From Ptychomitrium polyphyllum (Eukaryota), in contig OZ316775.1 in NCBI GenBank assembly GCA_973851085.1, forward strand, positions 8,246,001 to 8,310,000: a stretch of 64,000 bases of DNA, in the 5' to 3' direction. The notes below the pieces were generated by a model, which was not told the origin of the DNA, did not search any database, and saw only the letters and a list, made by a program, of their open reading frames with translations. The translations under genes were made by a program, and so were the position numbers. Below, one piece after another: positions 1-12,186 of the stretch; the stretch's first letter is position 1; every line of letters starts with the position of its first letter.

Positions 1-689
1 GATTGCCTCTGCAGCCTGAATACAATAGTAGCTGGATTGCCACCCATGATATCCTGCATTCTGTTGATCACTGCAGCCCTCATAATAATTCCCCTTGGAA
101 AATAAAGCTAGGATAACCTGTAACTTACCACAAGGACATAAGAAGGGACACATGAATATGACCAGTGAGCAGTACGCAAATCAAGCTGACTCCTGCTCAT
201 AAAATAAGTAGATGCGTGGTTGTTTTTGTGATAGTTAGTGTGAAGGAGTATGTCACCTTAACAAGTGAAGGACAACTATATCTTCCAAGAACTTCCAAGA
301 ACATTGATGATGCATTGAAATGAAGAATCCTCAGAAACCTGTTCGTTATTCACCTCAATGGGCCTGAATTGTCATGTTCTCTGCAATGCGCTGTAGCTCC
401 AGAGGCTGGTTTCTGAGTCTGAGAATTTAGGAAATAGCAGAGCAGGACCTTTCCCACTGCCTAGGATAGGGGCTGCAGGATGTAAGGAAGAATGTCCATA
501 AATAACCACATACCCCAGAACCACCGCATCGACTTCCCCTAGTACCTCCACCTACGAGATCCACTTCTAACTTTTAGAGACTAGAGAAGAGATTCAGGCC
601 ACACAAATGACGATTCACTGTTTCAAGCAACTTCAGTGTGTGATTGAATGAGATAAGCCTAGATTCATGGGAGCTTATGTTAGTGGTTT

Positions 690-3600
690 TATCGTATGCT
701 AGAACTAGTACTATAAGTTTGGATAAAAGATATCTTATATATGAAAGTGGGATTGTAACATAAATGTTATTTTTTTTTAAATTAGTAATTTTTGTGGTTG
801 GATTGGAAACATGCAAAATTTGCATTATTTGCAAAAACCTTATCAATGGGTTTGTTAGAAATAATATAGATAATTAAATAGTGGCGGTTTAAAGATATTT
901 TATATTATGCTCATTGCCTTTCTTTGCATGCAACATAAAGTATAGGATCTAGATGTTACATGTTAAGTTAATAGATGTAAATTAGGAACAATAGGTATTA
1001 AAGCAATAAAGTTATTTAGTGAATCTTGTCTTTTGTTCTTCCTTTTGTTTGTAGTATTGTGAGTTTGCATATCAAACTTGGTTTCAAAAGTGTCATACCA
1101 CAATATGGTGATAGGCTTAGAGAAACTTGAAAACTTAGCAACAAAGCCTACATTTAGATGATTTTCTATTTGGATATAAACAAAAAATTTAATTTTTTAT
1201 CCTTAATAATTATTTCTATTATGAATTTGCAAAATTTTTACTCTTAGAAGTGATTTTTGGTTGATTTTAATATTTTATAGCTCCAAAGCCTTCAATAATT
1301 GTTATATTTAATATAATTGTTCATTGACATAGTATTGGTGCTTATGTACATTAATTTTGATGTTTTGCAACATATAGTTATTATACAAGCACTTTATCAT
1401 AACAATATCAAAATCAAGGGCTATAATAAGACTTTAAAAAGAATTGTGATTCAACAAAATAATCTAATTGGATTATTTCTGGACTAATTATGTAGTATAA
1501 GCAAGTTTTAATGTAATAAGTAGCATATTATACAATAAAATGACAAAGTTTGTAATTTCTTTCAATATAACATTTGATTTTTGAAGTTTTTATTGCTTTA
1601 AATTTTTTCTTCATTTTGTGGATTTTCAAACACATTATTTGGCACTATTGAATAATACTTATTGTGTCATATCATTTTACTTTATTGCCATGTAGATCCT
1701 AAAACAAATCTAAAGCTAGAAAGTTTTTCTATATTATTAAAGGTGTATAAAGTCGCTCATTTAATTACTAATTTGATGACTTGATTCTATTTTAGCTCTA
1801 CTATATGATCTTTCTTCCAAAAAGTCTTAAATAAATAAATTGAAATTCCATAGAGCTATTTAGATCCTTAAATATTAAATTGATAAATGATCATGTTTTT
1901 TCTTTTTTCTTTTGAAATTTTGAACTAAATCCCTTTTAAAAATCTTTAGCACAATCATATTATCAATCTAATCATCAATGGAAATTACAAGTATTCCTAT
2001 TATTGTTACTTCCTTGATTTTTTCTCATGTAGCAATTACTTGCTTTTGTAAGCCAATGGAAAATATTTATTTTTTTAGATTTCTTTTTCAATAATAAGTT
2101 TTTAAAATGCAAATCTTCTTATATCATGTGGTATCTCATGCACTTAGTATTTTTCAATAATGGAGACCTCGCCATCTAATAAGAAGTTATTTTTAGCACC
2201 AACTCTAATTCTACATTAATTATAGCAAAAAACAGAGTGAAATTGATTACAAAAAGATAAGTTTCATAACTAAAGAGTGTATCCAAAATTTAATGTTGGA
2301 TTATTGCCACATGATATATCATACTATTGATAATTCTATCAAATGAAAGTTATGAGTCAAATGTTCATGGTACTCTTTATCAAAGCTTTAGACTATGCTT
2401 TGGATTAGAATAATGAAAATAATAAGTAAGCATACTTTGTAAAGATGGCATCGATTATAGAGAATTCATGAAATAAATGCAATATTTATTTGTTGGTTAT
2501 GAAAGAAGATCATATTAAGATTATTTATTGACTTAATTTTTGCACTAGATAATTTCTTCCATTGTTCTAAATACTATGTTTGCTTTCAAATAATACCATA
2601 ATTTTGAAACCAATTTAATCCTCTAATGAACCAAATGCATTTTGCAAAATTCATATGCGTTATAATATGCAACTTTTACAATTCCAATGAAGATTGTTTC
2701 AAAAAAGAAATGTAAGGCACAATGACTAAAAATCATTTACATGGTTAATTTTTTTGAAAACATGTTTATCTTTGAGGGACTAAATTCACTTTATTTCTTG
2801 CTACAATATATTTTCCAATACAAATAATATTATACTAAACCTTTGAAAATTCATCAAAATTATAAATTCCATATTTAAAACATGTTTTCTTAAAGATTTC
2901 TTTAAAAAACATAAGATGCATTTATGAAAAGAGAGCCTGGAATGCAACATCAAGAATGTTGTTAGTTTCTTCACAATAAGTTCTTTTATGCTATTAAAAT
3001 ATTATTTGTGTTTTTCATTTGAATTTAATAAAATATTGACCTTTACAATCTTACTAAAATAATCCAATCTGAAGATGGTCAATAAAGGAAGAAAATAAAA
3101 AAATTCTGCTTTCTCCAATTACACAATACTCATTCAAAATAGTACCACAACCTAAAATAGAATCTAAGGAATAATATCTGAGTTATTTGGAAATAACTTG
3201 CTAAGTTTTTCATAATTAAAATACCATATGAAATACAAAAATATATAATGACTATAAAATAAACTGATTATTTCATCATTTCTATATTCTTTTTCAAAAT
3301 AGTTTTATTTTATTATTTAAATAAAAATGTTAGAGGAATTTCTACAAATTTTTTAAAATTAAATTATATACATAGTTAGATTTATCAATAAGTAATTAAA
3401 AAATAAATTTTTGTAAAGATTGAAAAATTTGAAAAAAATATTGCCTATATTGACAATTGCCTTTTTTAATAATTACATGCTTAATTGAAAATTAACAAAG
3501 GATTTATTTTACTTAATTTGCACTATTGAAGATGATTATGATAAGACAAATTCATTTAAAGTGACATATATTTAATATAAAATTTTTAAAACACTAAATT

Positions 3601-5000
3601 TGATATTCATTAATTTGAAACTTTTCAAGTGTCAATAATCATCTATTTGAAATTTGAATGTTTCATTTTAATTTTAAAATAGAATATTTAGAATAAATTT
3701 AAAATATAACTAATATAATAAATACATGGAAAATTCTTTGGAATTACCATATAAGAATTTTGAGGTGGTAATCTAAAATACTATCATATTTCAAGTAATT
3801 TGCTAAAAGTTATAAGTTTTTGTAAAAAACACAATATTTGTAAAAGTATTATATGACATATGAATATGTTATAAATGTTGTTTTTACAAATACCAATAAG
3901 ACCAATTTGAAAAACATTTTTAATTAAATGGTATAAGAATATATTAATGATTTATTGATAAGAACAAGAAAAATATGTCACATACAAATGTGACATTTTA
4001 GAAATATAATATTAAATGTTCAAAGTTTATGATAGTAGGTATTATTACAATAAACATAGAATATGCACTAATTTATATTTTTCAACAATAAGATACATTA
4101 AAAGTTATTTAATGCTCAAATTATGAATAATTTTAATACCAATCATTTACACTCATTTTTTTAGTTTGTTTTCAAAAAGAATTAGGCACTTATTAATATA
4201 AATTTTCTTTATGTAAATTTGGACTAATTCGTATGTGATTATTGATGACAACTTTAAGTAAGAGTGGCTTTTAAATTCTAGCCTCGTGTAACATATTATT
4301 ATTTATGCACAATGATTTATGTCTTTTCTAAAATGCCACCCTCATTTCTCCACCATGTATGTATTTGCTCCATTTTCTTGGTTACAAATAAATTTTATTT
4401 TAGAAAATTTATTTAATTTTGGACCTTTAATTTCCCATTTCATTTTCAATATGACTAGTGAATCAAAGAATCACAAGATCCATTATCTATATAGTAGAGC
4501 GTATATGAATAGGTTGCATAAATGTTGCACTTAACGCTAGCATAAATTAGAGGTGGGAACTTTGACTCTTAAAGCCTATTTTTAATAAAATTTTCTATAA
4601 TGCTTATGTTTTTGTTCAATAATTTTTTCAAGTAATTTTTAAATAGAAGATTCTTTTAATATTAGTTCCAAAAAGTAATGTAACAAAGTTTTGAAGTTTA
4701 AATTTTGAAAATTTGAAAGATTTTTGTATACATAATTTCAAGAAAATATTTTGGTATGATGGAATTTCTTTAAAATCCTTAGTACATTCTTAAATATTAT
4801 ATAAGTAATTAGAATATACTTATTGATTGCATGTTTACTATGGGACTTTTTAATCTCTACAAATTCAAAGTGTTTGAAGACATGAGTGTCTACATAGATG
4901 AGTTGGAAACTAAATCTAATGCTAATGAATGTATTGGATGGATGATTAGTTAGTTCTAGACGTTTCAATTGGATGTATCTTCTTAACATTGATTGACAAT
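690..5000. mobile_element. Highly AT-rich, CpG-poor block; probable degenerate transposon relic (family unresolved)
   Basis: Composition shifts abruptly relative to the flanking genes. CG dinucleotides are very rare and there is no credible ORF. Boundaries are approximate, and no TIR or LTR was identified. Confidence 0.45.
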
Positions 5001-5574
5001 ACTTAAGTATGCTCGAAGATGCTTTTGAGATAACACAAGATTTATCATCTGCAGGCGCAATTAGATGGATGGACTACTAGACAGGATGGGCTTGTTTGAG
5101 TTGCACAACAAATGAAGCTCTAGAGCCAAACATGGACTATAACATTAGCATGGATTCCTGTTGGCTGATTAAACCGGAACTAGATTGCAGGTGCAGATCA
5201 ACAAGCATATCTGAAACTGTGGTCTCATTTGTCTGACCGTCCTCATAAATCATGCAGATGTAGGCCAGAAGTGCAACAAAACCTCCAGACTAGGACCTGG
5301 GAAGATGCTGTATTGCGGGAGCAACACTGACCATGGTGTGATATTTGTGGAAGAAAGCTGAAAGTTTGTGGGGAAGCATCTGAGACATGGAAGGAAACAA
5401 ATAAAAACATTCACTATACGAGGATCCTTGATGTACATGGATTGAGGTGATCCACGAGAAATGGTCACAACACCACTAATTTTACAACAGCGATGCCACA
5501 GATTGGACCAACATTTGTTTCTGTTGCAACTCCGAGTAACTCGACGCAATCATACTAGTCTCTCGCAGCACAAT

Positions 5575-8292
5575 CTACGGAGCAGCCATCGCCTTGTCCT
5601 TAATGTCGATCACGTTGTCATCAGTCTCATCAAATCTGCATTCCAAAACACAATCACAACCGAAAAACCATGGTCAGATTGCAGGCAGCTTTTCTGTTTA
5701 ACTTCAAAAGATAATCCAGTATCTACCACAACAATGCGTAAAAACATATACATGAGACTCACCCGGCATGTGTATCACTCTGATCAAAAGGCAAGACGAG
5801 ATTGAGAAATACAGCAGTAAATCCTCCAATAGAGAACCCATTCGACATTACTATGATAATGGAGTCCCTAAACCCTGCACACAGAGAAATAGCCCATGAG
5901 TAGAAATCAAACAACCAACTTAAAAGTCTGACATACTGCAACAAAAACAGCGAAATCAGTCCCTTTGATCATCTTAGTTACTCTTACCTCGGAAGCCAGG
6001 AGACCACGTGGGGTTAACAGGCCAGAAGTTTCCTTCGTTTGGATAAGAAACATACTGGCCGGTAATGTTAACCCATGCAGGAACCAGGGTGACACCCATG
6101 CCAATTCCAATCGCCATAATCGCAATGAATCGGTTTCGTCGATTGAGCCCTTCTTGCAGATTGAGCACATGAATGCCCGAAACCACGACTCCAGTGAACA
6201 GGAACGTCGTCATGCCGCCCAGGACGCAGTTGGGGATGGTTAAGATGATGGCTGCGAACTTTCCAATGACACCCAAGATAAAGAGCCAGAGACAACAACC
6301 ATAGCCTGCATAGCGGGAAGCGCATCGTGAGAGCGAGAGCACACCATTGTTCTGTGCGTAGGTTGTCACAGGTGTGATTGTTCCCAGTGCGCCAACGAAG
6401 GAGTTCAGCCCATCGGCCAAGACGCCTCCCTGAATTCTTCGCTCGAATTTCTCACCCACTGGCTCCAGGTGACTGGCTTCAGTGGTAGCAGTGATGTCAC
6501 CAATGCACTCCATCGTGGTGACCATGAAGGCGAATAAAATTGGGAGGACTGCGGGTGGATAAAAACCGAGTGGAAACCGGCGTACCCACAGAAATGTTAT
6601 CCACTTCGCTTCTGAGATTTGCTTGCCCGTCACGTACCTGCATAGAAAGTGATTCAGAAGGGTTGGAAAGAAATGATTGATATGTGAAAGATGAGATGAG
6701 GTTAAAGGCGGTGTAATGTAGTACCGATATGAAGAGCAGACACCATTATTGCAATCTGTATAGTGAGCACTGGAAGCGACGATCATGCCAACGAACAAAC
6801 CGATGATGACCTCGGTGTTACGGACAAACGGGGACCCAAACAATTCAGCACAGATGATGGCGACCATAACAACCAACCCAAGCCCCAGGTAGACACGATG
6901 TCCAAACGCCAGCGCCACTTCGCCATTTCCACTGCATGGTACTTTGCTTGTCAACACCTGAATATAACACACAATGCAACAAATGAAGAGTCCATCCCAT
7001 TGAATGTGATTCAAATACTGAAAAATGTGAGAATCCTTTCATCAATCAATCATCATGGTTACCGTGTGCAGGAGATTCACGCTTTACCTGATCAGCACAG
7101 TAGCTTCCTCCGCCCCAGTTTTTGAACCCGGATCCGATGAGCGCGGTTCCGAGAAGAACTAGACATGATCCTGTCACGACAGGAGGGAACACACGACGCA
7201 ACACTCTGGACGGGACGAACGAAATGGCCACCTGATACCAAGCGCAGACTAGAATCTGAAGAGCACCAACACTTCAATCTTATCATTTTTCGTTGACAAA
7301 TATTGAGTGAAGAACAATTGTGTTCATTCAAGGGAGTTTAGAGAAAAGGTGCTCACAGTGCCGAGGACTTTGCCGTAGGCTTCCTCTGGAGTGTGGCAGT
7401 TGCCCACGAGAGCAACAGCACATGTCGAGCAGGTGCCACCAACGGTGCAGATCGATCCAGCGCAAGTGCATTGGCTGAGTGTTCCAATGACCTGCTGTGC
7501 AACAGGAACGAAGGAGAAGGACACTCCCATCACCGACAGCAAACCTGTGCCTATCAAGTACTGAGTGAAGGGAACCCTGAACTGGAAAACCTGGACGAAT
7601 GACGCCCACGCCGCTACTATGAGTGCCGCAGAGACCAAATCTGCCCAAAAAACATTTTTGTATCCATTCAGCACCTTGAAATAGAGAGATAGAAATGCAA
7701 CGTGCTGCAAAAATCAAGCTACGGTGACACTAGCAGGAGCAAACGAAACTCTGAAATGGTTTGGTAAAAGTTTACAGAAAAGTTCAGAGCAGGTTTGAAA
7801 GTGTACATGCTTGATTCTCCGGGGAGAAGCCAGTCGATGCAATCAACAGCGGCGCGGTGATAATTCCCCCGACCTGGACCGAAAAATTACGGGAACCCAA
7901 TTAGCTGACAAGAGTGGGATTTACAATCTATTGCACTTTTGACTGTAGTTCTCGAAAACCAGAAAGAGGTGGCTATGGTGATGTTCAAGGCAACATACAC
8001 CCCCCGAGACGTGTTCACTGCGGTAGTGTTCACAGAAAGAAGCGGCATTTCAATTTCAACAGTTTACTACCCAGAGAATAAATGATTAGAAGAGGTTTGC
8101 CGGAGGGCTTGCCATGGCGAGCGCGTGCTGACCGCCCATGACTACCGCAACCAGCAACGAGAGCTTGTCATCCTTGCCGTAGAAGGGCGGCAGCGGGCGA
8201 TCGTGCTTCCACGGCGGCGTTGGCATGCACAGGAACCGCCAATTGTAGTCACCGATCAAACGATCACCCCACACTCCCCCACGCTTCGCCAT
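5575..8292 (-). CDS. Nucleobase-ascorbate transporter (NAT/NCS2), fungal UapA/UapC-like uric acid/xanthine permease; 8 coding exons: 8292-8113, 7873-7807, 7640-7357, 7255-7088, 6957-6725, 6637-5988, 5874-5763, 5635-5575
   Basis: The spliced protein has the TM1 QH motif (GGQHALAM|VGGIITAP), FPPVVTG, ECIGDITAT, GGVLADG and the NAT signature TTYAQNNGVLSLSRCASR, then VLGGMTTFLF. All junctions keep frame, and it ends DKAMAAP* (TAG at 5575). Confidence 0.92.
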
Positions 8293-10327
8293 CTTTGATC
8301 CTCTCTACTGTAATGGTGCAATCACAGGTATGGCTGTGCTTTCTGAAATTACCATAATAAAACCAAGAACTGTGTTAGAAAAACTGAAGCAAAGTCATTT
8401 AACAAACACTCTTCGTCTCTACCTGCAAACTGTTGTAAACCACATCACGGGAATCACTTCCTCGAACTAAAATTCTCGGAAGATTGAACAAGCGGAGTGG
8501 GCGAAGTAACGATGCAGTACACGAGTTAAATCTCGTCGCCAACGGTCGGACAAATCAGCAGCACAGAGAACTTAAGATTCGTCGCACATCAAGCTCCTCA
8601 CATGAGATTCATTAAAAATTAGTCAAACATTTGTATGCACAGAGCATTGATTTGAACAAAAGTCTACAGCAGACTCGAGCTACAATACCTTCGATGTCAG
8701 CCACTTCCTCGCAAACTGAAACGAACTCGCGTCTCCTCCGTCGGGTTTAATTATGCGCCTCACCTCTACAGTGGAGTCTGAATCTACAGGACGACAAACG
8801 CAGTGTTCAGGACGTGAGTTTCTATACGGAACACTCTAGGATATGTGCTAGAGGTACTGCTGCTGCGGTCCACCGCGTCTTCGCCTCGTCTTAGTTTTCT
8901 AAAATATTCGTGTCCGTCGCTTTTCGTGATGCACGACGGGGCAAAAGATTTTGCACTAAGAGAGGCTAGTCCACTGTGTTCGAAGAATGCAAGAGAGACG
9001 TTACTCAGCAAAACACGGTGTGCATTGGACGCAGCTTGGAGATGGCGGATTCTAGAAAGTCGAAGATTAAGGTCACAACAGACGAGTATGCTAACTCTCG
9101 TAGATTGCAAGGACAAACTAGTCTAGAACATCACCCAGTCACCAACGGATACTCTAGAAATTTCACAACCGAGCATAATCTTTACGGAATCTCTGAAACG
9201 AGTTTCCCTTCACGGACATTGACATTCGCATTCCCGCTTCAATTGGGTTTGCAAACAGCAATCAATAGTGAGTTTCACATATCAGTTGAAGTCTCTGTTG
9301 ACCGTATCACGGAGTTCAGATAATTAGCCTCCACATATATTCCACTTAAAATAGCGGCGTGAAACTCACTACTCAGACAGAACTCCATCGCAATATAGTC
9401 ATTGATCAATTCTTCCTAGATTCGGAAAACCTCTAAACGAGCGGCACACTTACCAGATTTTGCGATCGAGTGTTACACCGAACGAAGTGGCCGCGGATTC
9501 TGCCAACAGTCCTAGATATAACTTTGACGCTTGAGGTGCGCTTGCTTCAATACCATCAGTAGAAGCGGAGATTCACTCGGTTGACCTCATAGAATCTGAT
9601 CCCAAAAGGCTACGATACACTTGTCAATTGCGGCTTCATATCCTAATATAGCAGTCTGAACCGCTTGTTGCAAGTCTACAATTAACGTGCCGGTCTACTT
9701 TGGTTGTGTTGTCCATAAATAGCGTGCCGGCACAGCATTGGAGTTTAGTTGCAATTCCTGAGCTCACCAACCTGAATAACGAATGGTTGAAAGCCGTGCA
9801 TGCGAATCTGATGGCGCCAGTCCGTGGAATTTAATTACAAGTCATATTCTGTACAGTGCCTACATGCGATGTGTGAGCTTGCACTCTAACACTGGATGGC
9901 CATGAGCATCATGAAGCCCTTGCGTTGCAGTGTACTGTGTCTTGCTCAGTTTTATGAAAGACTGAAACGATGTGTCAACGTAAATAATAAGGACACACTA
10001 TTTGTTTCTATTCCTCTAGGAATTTAAAAGCAATTCGAAGGCTCGTTTTACTTTAGGTCGTCGTAGAAGCATCCACTTATTTGCATGGAAAGCAGATTAA
10101 TCAATTTCCTGGGACAAGTAGCACTGTTATAATGCCCACCGTGGCACCAAGCTCACTACGTGCTTGAGTAGTCCATGAGCAGATTCTGCCGAAGATGCAA
10201 AATCGCACAAGTTGTGTGGCTTGTGCCAACAAAAAAAGGAGTTGAAATTCTGGAAACCTTCTTCACCGGTCAATCTTACTAGGCAGAGCCGTACAGGATT
10301 GTTACTTTTCTCACTAAATTATGCACT

Positions 10328-10385
10328 AATAAATTGGTGCTTTTGAATAAATTGGTGCTTTTGAATAAATTGGTGCTTTTGAATA
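10328..10385. repeat. Perfect 18-bp tandem repeat (AATAAATTGGTGCTTTTG) x3 plus partial
   Basis: Directly visible at 10328-10345, 10346-10363 and 10364-10381, followed by AATA. Confidence 0.95.
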
Positions 10386-12186
10386 TAATGATTCAGAAAA
10401 CTAAAAAATCCTAGCTTGGAGATGAGATACTCCGCTGCTAGCTCCTGATTGATCGGACCGGGGAGGCAGGCATTGCAAGATTCTTGGCTCTTCCTTGGGC
10501 GAGGGGCAGTTTACCGAAGTGCAGCGTCCCCGCTTCAGATCTTCGGAGCAGCATCTGCGGCTTTTAAACCTTATTCCCCATCTTCAGGAGCTTCCATCCC
10601 GATTCCCCTTCCAAGCGAGTCTTCTGCTGGCTGGACCTGGCCACTTAAGCTTTAGCTTGCATTCAATGATACGAGGATGTCCACTCCTGAGTTGTTAGAG
10701 CCATCCGATTTGGGAAGAAGACGACAAACCACCATGACCTGTCACCACAACTGGAATTCAGCATCATACGTGGCTTCACGTGGCAGTACAACGAAGGGGT
10801 GACCAAATGTGAAACCGCTAATGAGACTTTGAAGTTTGTCAGTCGTATGATCCACCTCAAGAATTCAAACTGTTAAACCTCAATTATCCAAAACAAAATC
10901 AAATGGTAACATCCAATCACTATCAATTCATTAATGTGCCATATAAACTTAGTTCTCAAAGATTGAGATGTCTTGTGATCTAACTTGATCTTTGTAGTGT
11001 GTTCAAAATTTGGTGACTATTTGATGATTCAGTGACATGATCCATTCATGAAGATGACATGCAACATTTAATTTTATTTTGTTGGGACCAAATGGAGTTT
11101 ATTCCAATGGAAGTACAAACATCAAATGCACCAGAAGCACAGGGTCTCGGCGAGGGAGTAACCGAGCTTTATACAACATTTTTGGAATATTTATTGTAGC
11201 ACAGATAGGAGTATTCTCGAAATTCTTATTGAAGAAGTCTATTCTAGTTCCAGTCTTGTCCCAGTGGCAGCAGTTTGAAGTAAAATTTTGTGCGGAGTCC
11301 AACAGACCCTGAGATGCTGGTTATTACTTCTCGAGCAGATGCTCTGGAACCCTGGCTTTAGAATTTGGAGGTTCAGGTTGGATCTACACTACTACTCTGA
11401 CCAGCATCGACACCTTTAACTTAATATCATATTTCACAGCTTATTTTATGTGAAGTGCACCTTCATATAAAATGCATCTTTTATAGGTGCTTTCTGAGCT
11501 AAGGCTAGCATAAAGAAGGTGCAATATGCTAGCCTCAGCTCGGAGCATCTGCTAGCCACCGCAGGCCTGAAGGGGATATGGCAAGAAGGAAAGGAGCGTC
11601 GGATCTTCGCCAAGTTACTCACAAACCTGCCTCTACTCCTGTCAAATCGCTTGTACAGAGAGTTTTCAGATCCAACGTTGCTGATCATTACATTATAAGA
11701 TGGTACTAAATCCAGCATGTAAACTGGAAACCAACTCCTGTAAGCATTGGGACAGAAAGAATTACAATTGGTCTGAATCAGTAATTACAAAACTATACTA
11801 GGGGAAGCTGTTAAAAGATTCACAAAATGAAATTTTTTGTGCGTTTCAGCTCATAATAACCACATGTGCCGTTTCGGCATACTTTCATTCGCTACCAGCA
11901 GTATACACAAAGGGTACTGAGCACATTGAGTAATCCAGATTGGCATCAAATGTACCTGGCATCAGTGAAAGAAAAAGGCACGACTCCAGGCGGATAAATC
12001 AAAGAATAATCTACTAAGAACCTGAACTCTAAAAGCAGTGCGCTTTTGTCAACCATCAATGCAAGCCTACGCCTGTTTACATTTAAGCAGCAGTCAACTC
12101 GATTACCACTAAAAAACCGTCTACATGTTTCTGGTACCTAATCCCAGTGAAGGGTAACCAGGTTGAATGAATCTCTGTAAAGCCTA

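Noticed and set aside
1..570. Possible coding fragment at the window start
   Set aside because: The minus-strand frames examined gave only short peptides with no recognisable motif, so it cannot be supported.
10328..10385. CRISPR-like direct repeats
   Set aside because: The repeats are contiguous with no spacers, the context is eukaryotic and there are no cas genes.
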